Counted from the stretch's first letter, positions 1-13,345 are shown. The stretch: 64,000 nt of DNA from Vicugna vicugna (GCA_013265495.1 MU058444.1:1550001-1614000), one strand, 5' to 3'. The notes: generated by a model from the sequence alone, not told the origin. Translations and numbers: made by a program.

Positions 1-484
1 GGGGGCACCGAAGAGCAGGACAGCCCGGCAGACTGGGTCAGGGCTCTGTCTGCAAGACATGGGGCCAGCAGGACCACAGATTGGCCAAAACACACTTCTA
101 AGACCGTGGCAACCTGTCCTTCCCTGGCGCTCTAGTACAGAAGACTTCAAAGGCATTCTGCAAAAATCAACTCTGTATAAAACTGTGCATGTACATTAAT
201 CAAAGAAAGGTGTAAGCTGTAGAAACGCCATGTAATAGGCTTGTGTATTGATATAGTCAAACATGCACACCTGTATACATCTGTAGATACCTGCATATGT
301 TTAATTATAACATTGCACTATGTGACCTTATTTGTTAATATTGGTTTCTCCATGTTGCTCATTGTATTGTTTTAAGTTATTCTCACTTATACTAAGAATT
401 TTATCTTCATGTCATCATGGCATCCAGGGGGGAATTTTATTCCTAGAGGTAATAATAAATACCACATTTTTAAAAATCATGGAG

Positions 485-620
485 GGGGAGGAGGGTATAG
501 CTCAGTGGTCGAGTGTGTGCTTAGCATGCACGAGGTCCTGGGTTCAATCCCCAGTACCTACATTAAAAATTTTTTTAAAATAAATAAACCTAATTACCCC
601 TCCCCAAAACAAAACAATTA
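485..620 (+). mobile_element. tRNA-Ala(AGC)-derived SINE (camelid vic-1-like)
   Basis: Head GGGTATAGCTCAGTGGTCGAGTGTGTGCTTAGCATGCACGAGGTCCTGGGTTCAATCCCCAGTACC resembles tRNA-Ala AGC with A and B boxes. It is followed by an AT-rich tail containing AAATAAACCTAATTACC. 13-bp TSD AAAAA(T/G)CATGGAG at 472-484 and 621-633. Confidence 0.93.
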
Positions 621-744
621 AAAAAGCATGGAGAGCTACTGGAGGTTGATGACAGTGCCCTCTTGAATATTCCTCATGTGACTTCCTAGGACTTGGTGGG
701 GAGGAATGGTTTCAAAACTACTTCCAGAAGGCTTGCCTAGGAAC

Positions 745-930
745 ATGTGGACGGGATTTGGAGTTAGGAAATCCCAGATCTTTCTAGCTCTTATTGGACA
801 TGAGATCTTGAAAATGACACTTAGATTCCCTTTCCTCCGTTTTCTTAAGATTCGCTTGGGGATTAAACCAACCTTTAATCCACCCCTTCCTCAATACTTT
901 TAAAATGCAGGTGATTAAGGTGCTTTAATC
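745..930 (+). mobile_element. degenerate MIR-like SINE
   Basis: Weak similarity to the MIR core (tttggagttagg...gatcttgaaaatgacacttaga...cctccgttttctt); judged by eye only. Confidence 0.4.
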
Positions 931-1572
931 CTTGCCAAGCAAATGAACAGGACGTGCTGTTAGGAGTCACAGCTATAGACATCACCAGCCAGGGAGAAGA
1001 TGAGGCTTGAATGGGGCAGAGGATAAACAGAGACAAGTCCACAAATGATCTCCGGGGGAAATTAGGCAGAGAGATGGCGGGGGCAACACTGATGTGGAGG
1101 GAGAAAAGGAAGGGGAGGGGTGGTCGTGTGTCAGAGGTCTCAGAGGAGTCAAGAACAAGGAGAACACGGGAGCTCATCTGTTGTCATTTTAGTTCAGTAA
1201 AGACAGCGGACACCTGATGGCAATGGATGTGACAACTTGACACTTACCTTTTCAGAATCTTGGGGTGACACCTGTTAGCCAGGTGACAGCTTTAGTTTTC
1301 TTCAGGTGACGTCTCTAGTTTTCTTCTGAAGATCAGAAGAGGATCTGGGATCATCACTTAATTAATTAGTCATTTCCTCCTTTATTCCAAGGTTCTGCAA
1401 TGCATAGAAGTTGCCCCAATCTGATTGAAGCTCTATTCTTACGCATCAGTGCGGGGGGCCACTCATGGCCTGAGGGCTGCCGAGCACAGAAACTGGGCCT
1501 AAACTCCCAGAGTGCGGGGCGTCAGGCTCTAAGGCTGACTGAGCAAAGACAATCTCTGTCCCGCCACCCCTT

Positions 1573-2039
1573 TGTTAGAAAAACAGCAGGTGCATTTGGA
1601 GTCGGAAAAACATCTTGATGCCATTGAGTTATTAAGAACAGGGGCTTCTGGAAAGAGAGATACAGGTCACACAAGTTAGTGATCTTAGTAACAATCACCT
1701 GAGTTACCAATACACAAGTTACATAAGTTAGTGATCTTAGCGACAATTACCTGAGTTACCAATACACAAATCTTAGCCTAGAGGAACAATAACAGTAATC
1801 AATAATGTTAGCTCTTGGGGAACGGTTAGTCTTGATTGATGAGAAATATAAACAATAATGATGTATGTAACTATGCACAAGTTACTGATTTTAGTACACA
1901 TTGTTAAGAGATCATAAAAACAATCCGTTACCTACGATACTGTTGCCTATGGGTTAAAAGCATATAAATTAACTGCTGGAAATAAACACGAGGTCCACTC
2001 TTGACCTAGCGTCTTGCGGGCTAGAGTGAGACCCTCTCC
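1573..2039 (+). mobile_element. ERV LTR, probably class II/betaretrovirus-like, truncated by the assembly gap
   Basis: Begins TGTTAG. Contains an internal 52-bp tandem duplication, TATAAA at 1963-1968, AATAAA at 1981-1986 and a GC-rich hairpin in the putative R/U5. Several CpGs are retained. Confidence 0.7.
1661..1769 (+). repeat. 52-bp tandem duplication in the LTR U3 region
   Basis: Copies at 1661-1712 and 1713-1764 share AAGTTAGTGATCTTAG..ACAAT.ACCTGAGTTACCAATA, followed by a partial CACAA. Confidence 0.9.
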
Positions 2040-2952
2040 NNNNNNNNNNNNNNNNNNNNNNNNNNNNNNNNNNNNNNNNNNNNNNNNNNNNNNNNNNNNN
2101 NNNNNNNNNNNNNNNNNNNNNNNNNNNNNNNNNNNNNNNNNNNNNNNNNNNNNNNNNNNNNNNNNNNNNNNNNNNNNNNNNNNNNNNNNNNNNNNNNNNN
2201 NNNNNNNNNNNNNNNNNNNNNNNNNNNNNNNNNNNNNNNNNNNNNNNNNNNNNNNNNNNNNNNNNNNNNNNNNNNNNNNNNNNNNNNNNNNNNNNNNNNN
2301 NNNNNNNNNNNNNNNNNNNNNNNNNNNNNNNNNNNNNNNNNNNNNNNNNNNNNNNNNNNNNNNNNNNNNNNNNNNNNNNNNNNNNNNNNNNNNNNNNNNN
2401 NNNNNNNNNNNNNNNNNNNNNNNNNNNNNNNNNNNNNNNNNNNNNNNNNNNNNNNNNNNNNNNNNNNNNNNNNNNNNNNNNNNNNNNNNNNNNNNNNNNN
2501 NNNNNNNNNNNNNNNNNNNNNNNNNNNNNNNNNNNNNNNNNNNNNNNNNNNNNNNNNNNNNNNNNNNNNNNNNNNNNNNNNNNNNNNNNNNNNNNNNNNN
2601 NNNNNNNNNNNNNNNNNNNNNNNNNNNNNNNNNNNNNNNNNNNNNNNNNNNNNNNNNNNNNNNNNNNNNNNNNNNNNNNNNNNNNNNNNNNNNNNNNNNN
2701 NNNNNNNNNNNNNNNNNNNNNNNNNNNNNNNNNNNNNNNNNNNNNNNNNNNNNNNNNNNNNNNNNNNNNNNNNNNNNNNNNNNNNNNNNNNNNNNNNNNN
2801 NNNNNNNNNNNNNNNNNNNNNNNNNNNNNNNNNNNNNNNNNNNNNNNNNNNNNNNNNNNNNNNNNNNNNNNNNNNNNNNNNNNNNNNNNNNNNNNNNNNN
2901 NNNNNNNNNNNNNNNNNNNNNNNNNNNNNNNNNNNNNNNNNNNNNNNNNNNN
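2040..2952. other. assembly gap (913 N)
   Basis: Run of N. Confidence 1.
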
Positions 2953-5900
2953 AAACCTGTGGGCATACTCATAAAAAAAAAAAATGGAAATAAATACAGG
3001 AGAATTTCAACTGCACCAGGAATCCAGTAATATCAGTTAACGTCACCATCCCTGCCTTTCAAATCAGAAAGTTGCGTTCTTCTATAAAACTTACCATGTG
3101 GGTAATACACGTTCATGTCATAAAAGAAATACTGAAACTAAAAATGTCCCAAAGGAAAAAATAAATCACCTGAAATTCATCCACGAAGAGATAATTCACC
3201 ACTTAAATTTTGCGCTCTCTGCTGTCAGATTTTTCTTATGCTCACACACGCATAAATGTGTGCCCACAGTCACAAATACATAGGTACCACATATTATTTT
3301 CTTTCACTTAATATACCAGGAATATCTTTTCATGTTAAATACCCACATAATCCTTGTTAACAGCCATTTACCATCACAATGTAATAACAGAATCTATTTA
3401 ACAAAACCTCTTTGGGATATTTTGTTTATTGCTGTTACAGTGTGTTCCTATTACAAAGAATCCTTCAAGGAAGGATTTTTCTACATAACATCTTGGTGCA
3501 TCTGTGTAATTATTTCCCACAGGAAAATTTTCCAAGATGAAATTTCTAAGTCAAAGATTTCCCCCATTAAACCCTTTGAAACAAGTGTCCTCCAGAAAAG
3601 TTATAATTTTTGCCCTAAGAGCAAGTTTTTCATTTCCCTACGTCTATTTAATCCTTGCCAAGCAAATAAACAAGATAAGCTGTTACTTAATTGACATTTC
3701 TTTAAATACAAGTGAGACTGTAATGTTTCAAAATTTTAATAGTCATGTGTCTTTCTTCCCTTTCTAAACTGCTAATTAATGTCTTTTGTCAACATATGGT
3801 AAATACTTCTAATAGTGATAATATTCAGTGCCAACGTCACCTGTTATTGGTAAACTTACAAGCTCATTCATTCTTGCCTCAGCTGTGAGGCAAGAATGTT
3901 ATTTAACCCATTTCTTAAGTTTTCAACTTTTTAAAACTTTCGTCTCATAGATGTTCCTTTAATTCTTTTTTATTTCTGCTGGTTATTTTATAAGCCTTCT
4001 TTTCTTTCTGGTTTTCTATTTTATCTTTTATTTCTTCGTATATTTCGTAATTTAAATGACCAGGCTCTTGACCATCTACATTGTAGCTATTGCTGCTGTC
4101 CTTGTAAGTGTCAGCAGTTTTACATCTGGTGACATTTGAATGTGAGCTTCTCTTGATCAGTAAAGAGCTGGAATTCAGAGACAACGGAAGGAAATGGGCA
4201 TTTTGTAATAGACCACAAGACACAGTGTGTCATCACTTTTTGTTAGGAATTTCCTAAATTTGTGTAACCTATTAGAGAAGGTGTCACTGTCCTGCCTAAG
4301 TTTCAACTGGTGAATCACCCTCAGCGGATTTGTGAACGTAGGTGACCATGGATGCTGGTACCCTAGCGGTGCTACTGACCCCCAGTGAGGTGCGGTGTCC
4401 CTGCCACGCTTCTCAAGACACTGCCTCTCCCTCCACTCACAGATTCTATAAAGTTTGCAGGCACTCTTCCTCAGGGCAAAAGCAATGCCTGCATGTCAAC
4501 TCAGAGTAATTTCACTAGCAAGCTTCTTACGTCTATGAACATGCCATATGAATTCAGCATCTGTGTCTCCAAATTTTCTCCCTCTGAATTAGTTGGCGGA
4601 CCATCAAATGAAGGGTTGGAAAACCACCTGTTTTGGGGTCTCATATTGTAAGAGATAAGATTGAAAGATGCTTTGAGAAACAAATCTTAACCAATTCATC
4701 TTAAACCTGGTGTGACGATCATATTAAAAGTGTGACTTCCCTGTGCAGACAAAATATTTGAGACAGTCTCAAATGAGCACCCATTAAGTGCAGGGGAAGG
4801 TGAGTGAGGAAGCAAAGAATTAAATCAGCTTGAGCATCAGATATAGAAGAGAACTCTGAGGTGGGGACGGACACATGGAGATGGCTGGACGCAAAGATCT
4901 CAGAAGCCTAGAATTTTTGAGCAAAATGTGTTATCTAAACAACCAAGAGTCCAAAGAGTCCAGATGAAATTAAAGAGAAAAAAAGAAAACTTGATTGATG
5001 CAGACTTAAAAGTTCCTCTGGGACCCTAAACTTTCACTAGCAAGAGGCAGGTTTTAAATGTATCCAGCCACCTTTAAAACCAGCCCTTTCAGACACGGCC
5101 AAGGAGAATGCAGATCAGGAAAATCAATTCAGAGGGCAAAGGAAAGAGACACAAAAATAACTAGAGAAGAGATGCCTTCATGGAGACCAGAACAGGAGAG
5201 CAAGCCAAGAGCCTTCCTCACCGCCCTACATGGCAGTGTCTACGGAGCGAGCTCGCTGCCCGGGACCCCAGCTGCTGTGGACCAGTGACTTCTAGGGTGG
5301 GGTGTCTTCCTGCCTTTTTCCCCATGAGAGGTTTACAAAGTTTATCCCGTCCTGATCGCTATTATTTATCCAGTCCAGGACAGGGCGAGGTGAGGAGAGG
5401 GAGGGAGGACTAGATATTTTAGCATACAGATTAAAGTATCAAGAGCAGGTCTGTGTAGACTTGATGGAAAGGACCACAGAGCCCTGCGGTCCTGGACTTC
5501 AGGCAGATGTAGTGACTGCCCGGGATTTCATGCTGTCTCTCTGGAGGACAGAGTGAGGGACGGTGGAATTGACGGATGCTGCTTCTCAGCCTAACCCCCA
5601 AATGTCTCTTGAAGCCACTCTCCTTTCTCTCTATGGCTGGGACAGAAGGAGTCTGAGGCAGAGCGGCAATGCTGGAAAGAGGCACCGTCCCTGAGTGACT
5701 GCCGGGAAGAGAGCCACTCAACCAGCTCCAGGCAGCAGTGAGAAAGAAACCGGAAGACCTAACAGAGTGGCTAATGTCCTTTACCCTGAATAAGACAATG
5801 CAGATCGTTTAGTTGCTCCCAAACAAAATCAGACCCTATAACTGAGCCAGTGAAGCACCATCTACCACAGATGGTCAACTTTTAGAAGAATGTTTCTGGG

Positions 5901-8084
5901 AGCAAAAGTGAGTGAGACAAAAGTGGTAATGGACTTACAACGTCCTCCCAGAGGATCAGTGACCTGTTTAAGGCCAATGATTTATCAGCCCCTGAGAAGG
6001 AGAAGGCGAGGAAGGTGGCGGGTAGTCATGTAACACAGGAGAGTGACTGTCCCGGACTGAACACGGAATTTGAGCTCATGCTTTCGGACATGCACTTTTC
6101 CCTGAAAGTTAGCTCCCACCTTGAGAGGAAAGGCAGGTCCTTGGATGACCTATGAACACTGGCTGGGACAGGCTTATGACCTGAAGGGGCCACCTCCTGA
6201 TCCGAGATCGATGAGCTGGGGCAGATGTTAGAGAAACAAGGCAACCAACGTAGATGCTGCTAAATTCTGGAAACTTACGGATTTAACAAGATGCGTGACA
6301 GGTGACCTGGGTCGAATTGGCACCATAACCTGACCCCACAATGGCGAGAGTGGACATTTTCAGAGACATAAAAATAAAGAAGAGTTGTGGAAATTCGGTA
6401 AATCGCCGCTCTGGAGGATTGCTTGTGGTTTACAGGCAACAAATTCATCAATTTGGGCTCACGGCAGCTTGTATGCCTTATGATAAGTCCTCTACCGGCC
6501 AATTATACAAAGGTGGCAAGAGCTGAAATTTGCACACTGTAACGGAGATGTAAAAAAAAATGCACCTTTAAAATCCAAAGATGATGTCATCTGTCTCCAG
6601 TTGCCATTTCTACTCAGTAGATAAAGAAATCTTTCTAATACTTTCAAGGCACCTTGGTCCTTTCAGATTCAACAGACTCTCTGAGGTATTAGTAACTCAG
6701 ATTTGTTCAGTATTACAAATTCATTGAGTTTCTGATTATTCTCTTCCTCCTTCTTCCTGTTTCCCTTGTGAGGGAACCTATAATCTTGGGGGTTCAGCAA
6801 CCTGCCCCTGCAATCAGACTTAACCCAATTGGTCATGGAGAATCCTCGGCCCACATCATCTGCTGGGATGTGCTTGGTCCCAGCTGGTCCATTTGGTCTC
6901 TGTGCGAGCATCAGCTGCTGAAGTCAGCTGCCCTTCCACTGCATCAGGACAAATTCTCTGCCGCCCCCTCATATAATCTGGTCCTTTTAAGCACTTCCAC
7001 ATCAGCCGGCAGGGCACAGGGAACTTCTGGGTGGACGGGACACCAAACTCAGGTTGAGAGGCTGTGAGGCTATCATCTTAGTCTGATTTCCCCAGAAATT
7101 TGCTTCAATTGGTTCTAATTTACTGCCCTGTCTCATTCTCAAACCATACTGAGGAGAGAGTTCGGAATGTCCCAAGGTCTGTCCAGAGATGAACGGCAAA
7201 CTTGCTTTGCCCAGATTTTCCTGTGTCTTGTCTCCGCCCTCCCCACTGGGGGAGGGGAAGCACAGACCCTCAGTTCTCCCCCTTGACTTAATCTTCACTC
7301 TCCTTCCCTTCCTCTCCAGCTCGACCACCGCACCGCGGGTGGGATTTCCATTTTCCATGCCTGTAAGATAATAATTTCCCTAGTGATGCTTTCTTCTTCG
7401 ATGAGGATGAGCCTTGGTGTCAGAACAGCTTGCGGGGCTACGGAAGAAATAAGGCGATGGACAAGGACGGCTCACTCTCCCTGGAGGAAGGGGCATCTCT
7501 GGGGTTCTGAACTGAATTTGGGGAACAATCCAAACACTGGGAGTCTCTTCACAGGGAAAATCGGTCCCTACTTCCCCATGCTTATTGAGGTAGAACGAAC
7601 AGATCGTAAGTCCCACCCTGAGAGCTAACTCAGTAAGCAGACTCAGTAAAAGAGGTCAGATGCAGAGTTTACAGCCTTAAGACAAATTAAAGTGGGACAT
7701 ATGCAAGCAACACGTGCCTACATTTTCACAGAAGTGGTCTTCTTACACATGAGATGTAAGGGTAATAAATCCTTTATAAGGAAAAGAACCCACTGTATAC
7801 CTATTTATAGCTACCCATTTATAACTTTGGAGGATTTAATAAAATTTATATAAATATATGGTGTGGGTTCAGTCATTCTCAATGTATTTAGAAGTCTTTT
7901 TGAAAATCTAGGTTAAATCCCCTCTTTATTTTTATAGATAAACACTTGCATTGGGTAAATATAGCTGACAATCAGGGTCAAAATTCCAGTGACCAGTGAC
8001 AGCAAAACCAGGTAATTAGTCCCCCTTAGCAATGTCTTAACCGAAAGTCTTTTCCAAGCATTTGAGCCTTCTTGATTTTTCTGG

Positions 8085-8430
8085 AAAAAACCTGTCTCGG
8101 GGCCTTTGCACATGCTGTTCCTGTTGCCTGAAATGTCCTCCACCCCACAAATCACAGAGCTCCCACTCTCCCTTCACCCACATTTCTGCTCAAAGGTTAG
8201 CCCATAAGATAAGCATTTTTGGCCTACACTTTAGAAACTAAAGCCTCACATACCCTCTTGCCTCCTTTCTTTTTCTCAAAGAACCTATTGTTACCTAACG
8301 TAATAAATATGCATGTATCTGTGTAATATTTTACCTCTAGAACATAAGCTCCTCTGTGAAGGCAGAAACATGATCTGTGTTGTTCTACTGCATTTCAAGC
8401 ACACGAGAAATGTTATCAAATATATGAACT
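8085..8430 (+). mobile_element. L2 LINE 3' fragment
   Basis: GGCCTTTGCACATGCTGTTCC...CTAGAACATAAGCTCC...GAAGGCAG matches the typical L2 3' end. Confidence 0.75.
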
Positions 8431-8569
8431 AGACTACAGCATCCTGCAAATGCTACCTATTACTTATATGTGTGGTCAAAGAATTGGAGAGCACTAAACT
8501 GCATGGGAAGAGTGATAATGTGGTGAGATTATAAGTGGGTTATTTTATGTGTTTAAACTAGAGTTTAGA

Positions 8570-8960
8570 ATCTGTACACTGAAAACTGTATGACCTTGAT
8601 GAAAGAAACTGAAGAAGACATGAATAAATGGAAAGCCATTCCATGCTCATAGACTGGAAGAATTAATATTGTTAACATGTCCATGCTACCCAAAGCAATC
8701 TATAAATTTAATGCAATCGTTATCAAAATTCTAATGGCATTTTTCACAGAAATAGAACAAATTATCTTAAAATGTGTATGGAACCATGAAAGACTCCCAA
8801 ATAGCCACAGCAGTCTTGAGAAAGAAGAACAAAGCTGAAGGTATTGGGGGTCCCTAAGTTCAAACTATATTACAAAGCTGCAGTCATCCAAACAATGTGG
8901 CGCTGCCATAAAAACAGACACAGAGGTCAGTGGAACCAGACAGAGTGCCCAGAAATAAAG
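8570..8960 (+). mobile_element. L1 ORF2 internal fragment (downstream of the RT domain), degenerate
   Basis: Encodes decayed [31 protein letters not shown] and KLYYKA motifs typical of L1 ORF2p. Confidence 0.9.
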
Positions 8961-10454
8961 TTTAAAATTGTTAATAATGATAGTTTTTTATATATATATA
9001 TAACTTGGGGCTAACAGTACTTTCTCAATCTTCAAAAGTATTTTGGGGAGGATCAAATAAGCTAATAAATATAGAGCTGTTCTGACAATGATAAAGACTT
9101 TGGTTAATGGAGGAGACTGCATAAATGTAATGTTATTTGGGTTAAGGACATATGGTAAAAGTGAATTATTAAGATAATTAACAGCTCACAAATGATGCAG
9201 AATACAAGCAGATTTGGGGGGCCCTGAATAATCCATATTATGTATCTGCACTTCCTGGATTATCTATCCTTTCATTTTTTAGGATATAATCTGCATCAAC
9301 ATCTCCTGCTACTTTCTCCTGTTTCTCAATATGTCAAGTAGACTTTTAACTATTTCCTGGATTATATATTCTCCAAACTACTTCCATAAAAATATGTCTC
9401 ATATACAAAGGAAAACCATGTATATACTCTACTAAATAGTATGACCTCTGAATGAGTTCAATTAAATAGTATGAACCATACTGCAGAACACAGGAAATAT
9501 TTTTAGATCACATATTTTAAGAGGAAACAAAACCCCTACTTTTATAACTAATGACAAAGTATGTCTCAAAATATTAACAATGATCTTGACCTCTGCTGCA
9601 TGGGAAGAAAGAATAGACTGAAATATCAGAGATGACAGCATATCAGAGTTGACAGAGCACCTTGCTCTACCTCATACGTGACTCCCCAGGGTGAGGAGCA
9701 ACCCCTAGAACTCAAATCACTTTTCTAAAACTTTCTGCAACTTCACATCACTTTAACACTTCTTATTTTACATGTAGGTAAATATTTTTCCTTCTCTAGT
9801 TTTCCTATCTTTTGAACACACTGGCCTCTTCCCAGAATACTTCAGTAACAGCTGTAAAATGCATTACTGTATCATTTTATGGCTTTGAATTCAAGCCCGT
9901 ACAGCCAAGGAACCCAAAAGTAGACGATTATTTCTCAGACATACAGCCTTACTCATACAAAAAGTTATGATGAGTAGCACAATCCTGTAGGCAAATAATG
10001 TATGCCAATGATCTAAAAAAAAAAGTGAATATTCTGTCCTAGCATTATTTTTACAACAAGTACCTGGTATTCTAGTCAGGGACTGTTGGACCAATCAACA
10101 GGGTGTTTAATAGGCGTAGTGAAGTGTCAATTACGTGATAAAACACACCTGGTGGAAAAGCATCTCCAGACTCTCCTTCCTGCTGGGCGGACCAACAACC
10201 CTTGAGCTCCTGCGCTTGGACCTAATATTATTTACTGAGTGATAAATTTACCTTTTGCTTGTTTTTTCCCTCTTTACAAAATTAACATGTGCTTATTGTG
10301 GAAAATGCAAAGAATATAAAAGTAATGCGTATCAACTACAGTACAAAAGATGAGTATCCTCATTTCTAAAATAGGGATTGATTATCATTAAAAATCCATT
10401 AGGTACCTACTCCAACATTTAAAGCAACTTTGACAATGTCTAGATTTTAGTATT

Positions 10455-10605
10455 TGTTTAATAAATTGTAATAAATATTGTCAATATTATTATTGATATT
10501 AATATAATATATACTATATCAATAAATAATATATTAACATATAATTAATTATTTATTAATAATATATTATTAATATCATTAGTATGTTAATATATTATTA
10601 ATATC
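10455..10605. repeat. AT-rich low-complexity tract with nested inverted repeats
   Basis: Almost entirely A/T. Perfect 22-bp palindrome at 10554-10575 and 17-bp inverted arms at 10525-10541 and 10583-10599. Confidence 0.9.
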
Positions 10606-11739
10606 CTCACATCTGGAGTACCTAGGATAGTTCCTGAACAAAATAGGCACTTAAGAAATGTTCACTGAATTAACTTTTGAGTTTAAAAAATGGGCCAGTC
10701 GTGAGCCCCTTGGATATTTATTAATAATGAAAATTCCCCAGAGTATCAAGGTGGTTCCCAGCTTGGTCCAGAATTCTGACCATTTAGGAGACGAATTTTA
10801 GGAATTCAGTTTTTAGTTTTGTACACTTGTGTTCTAAAATGGTTTGAGTGATTCTCAAGGCATCCCAGAAACTCAGATCAAGCTTGAATATTGTCTGTTT
10901 GCCCAGAATGCAACTGAGAATGAGTAAGATTTAGTAAAGGATACACTCAGTGTGCTGTTCCCGCTCTGTGACCTCATAGCCAGGTGTGGCTCAGAGCAAC
11001 TTCACACCCGATGAATCTGTTTCCTTGCATATAAAATAACTGAGGCAACACAAGAGATTCAAAGTGCTGGGAATACAGTGGATGCTCCAGAAAGGTCTGT
11101 TTCCTCTTTTAATTGCACGGTAGAAATGAACAACGCTCACTGCTAAACAGGAGGGGCTCAGGCAGAGCCAGAAAAGGTCTGTTACAGTCCCACTCTGCCA
11201 AGCTTCTCAACTGAGTCAGGGGAAGGTGTCTAATCCAATCCAGTCACAAGAACACCTGATCAAACCAAGTCTCGAGCCTGCAGTGCCAGGACATCAAAGC
11301 TCACACTGCTGTTGGCAAAATGCACCCACCCCATCCTCAGCCGGGGCTGCCTGGGAGCACCTTCATATCAGACCCCCACTGACTGGGTCAAGTGGTGTTT
11401 GTTTACTGGAGATCTTCACTCTATTTAAATCAAACTCATCTTCACCACCATCCCTTCCCAGCATGCTTCTACACCTGCATTCCTCAAGGAAGACCCGGCT
11501 CTTCCCAGAGATGGTTCCTGCCACAGCTTCCTTGGGTAGTGACTTCTCTTCCACAACCTAGTCCTTCCCTGCTCCACGTTCATGTTCAAAGTCTCTGCTC
11601 CTATGAATTTACAGCTGCTTTCCTGGTCATGTGACCAGGATAGTCCCATATTCCCCTGGATCTTTTGATAGCAAACTCCTAAGGTCCTTCCTTCCCACCT
11701 GCCAAGTGGAGAGTTCAGCACCTGTAAGCATTCATGCTC

Positions 11740-12760
11740 CTAAATCTCTCATCTTGGGCTTATTCCCATGTCGCTCTGTTTTCTTGTCCTGCACGCTGGC
11801 ATATAATCCCAGGTCCCCATCTACAGCCCACCCGCCCAGACTCCCAAGTTCATATACTTTGATCCCCAGACTCTATATAGCTGTTTCCATGTAAACAATC
11901 TACAGGCAGCTCTTGTGCAAAGGCTGAGAAATGAATTTATTTCTCATCACCACCACTCAGTTGCCCAAGTCTAGTCAGTAAACGCCATCCTGATGTGGCC
12001 CCCTTTTCCTTTGCTTTCCAAATCTGAGCAGCCTCTGAGTTCTGAGAACTGCATTTAACTCTACCCACTTCACTGAACCCACTGACGCTGCCTTTGCCCC
12101 TGCTCAAATCCGTCGTATGCGTTGCCAGAATAGCCTCCCAGCCAGCTTCCTTATTCCGTCTTAGCTCCTTCAGATCTACTCCCGACAGGGCTAAGGGGAT
12201 TCAGAAACCCACATCGGTTGCTACTATTTTCCTACCTAAAATCTTGAATGGCTCTTCCAAGTTTTAAAGAAAATTCCAAACTCCTTAGCATGCACTGAAA
12301 GGCCTTTGCTGGCTTGTCCTCTTTCTACTTCACTAGACTCAGGGATCTACTTACATCTTCTAAACATCTCCTACCTCCAGACCCTTCACTAGGCTTATGT
12401 GCATTTCTCTCCACGCCTTCTCCTTCCACCCTAGTCTGGCTAATCCCTGAAAGATGTTTCAGTACTCTGTCTGAATCAGATTTTACCCTTTCAGGGAGCT
12501 TTTCCCCCAGGCTGTCTACTCCCTCATCCACACCACTTCCCCACCCTGGGTCAGACGGCCCTCGCAGTAGTCCCCGGGAATCTGTGCTTAACTCTAGTCC
12601 TGCAGGACCTGATTGTACTGATTTGTCTGTTGGGTTGTCTGTGTTCTGTCCCTCTTTCAACCTAAACTGTCAGTTCCTTGAAGTGCGGGTTTGGCTTGAC
12701 TCATGTAATCCTAGAGGAATGCCTAACATTTGATACATAATGCCTAACATTTGATGATGA
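11740..12760 (+). mobile_element. L2 LINE fragment(s)
   Basis: Pyrimidine-rich L2-like sequence (caccactcagttgcccaag, aattccaaactccttagcatg, ctaaactgtcagttccttgaag) ending in aatgcctaacatttgat repeats. Confidence 0.65.
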
Positions 12761-13059
12761 AGGAAGAAGAGAAGAAAAAAGGAAGGAACCTGGCTTTCTG
12801 GAGCAGCTGGGGTCCGGAGATACTCCCCAGAGGTTCTGGCGAACACCAGCACAGGCTCTGATCAAAACCATCACAGGAGATCAGGAACACCACAAAATAC
12901 TTAGGATATGAACCAAAAAATTCTGTTAGGATTGCTAATCAGAGGTACTTCATTTGGCAAATAATGCTATGGCTTTTATCATGCTCACAGTATGATAAAA
13001 GCTACACCAAGTTTCTTGCGTATATTAATTAATTCAGCTTTACAAACGTACCAGGCAGC

Positions 13060-13195
13060 TGTACTGTTATGATACCTCTTTTGCAGAGGAGGAATTTGGG
13101 GCAAGGAGAGATCACATGACCTGCTCAGGGTCGCACTGTTGGGGGTTGGGGGTGGTGAGAACCCAGGGGGTCTGACTCTGCAGCTCATGTGCCCG
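13060..13195 (-). mobile_element. MIR SINE
   Basis: ttttgcagaggaggaatttggggc...acatgacctgctcagggtcgcac...aacccagg...tctgactct is the MIR core in reverse. Confidence 0.7.
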
Positions 13196-13286
13196 TGTGT
13201 CTCTTTTAATTATATTCGTTCATGTGGAATTACTGTCCACTACTGATTTTTGGTTTTAGTTCTTATTTGTTTTATAACATAAGCCA

Positions 13287-13345
13287 ACACGCACACACAC
13301 ACATGCGTGCACACACACACACACACACATACACACACACACACA
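13287..13345. repeat. (CA)n microsatellite, interrupted
   Basis: About 59 bp of alternating purine-pyrimidine, mostly CA; potential Z-DNA and polymorphic marker. Confidence 0.95.

Noticed and set aside
490..562. tRNA-Ala(AGC) gene (also at the five other copies)
   Set aside because: The heads are mutated and carry SINE tails, and most have TSDs. They are SINEs, not functional tRNA genes.
1661..1769. CRISPR-like or other prokaryotic repeat array
   Set aside because: It is a two-copy tandem duplication without spacers inside a mammalian LTR. Nothing prokaryotic is evident in the window.
1947..3030. 341-aa and 338-aa ORFs
   Set aside because: Artefacts of translating through the N gap.
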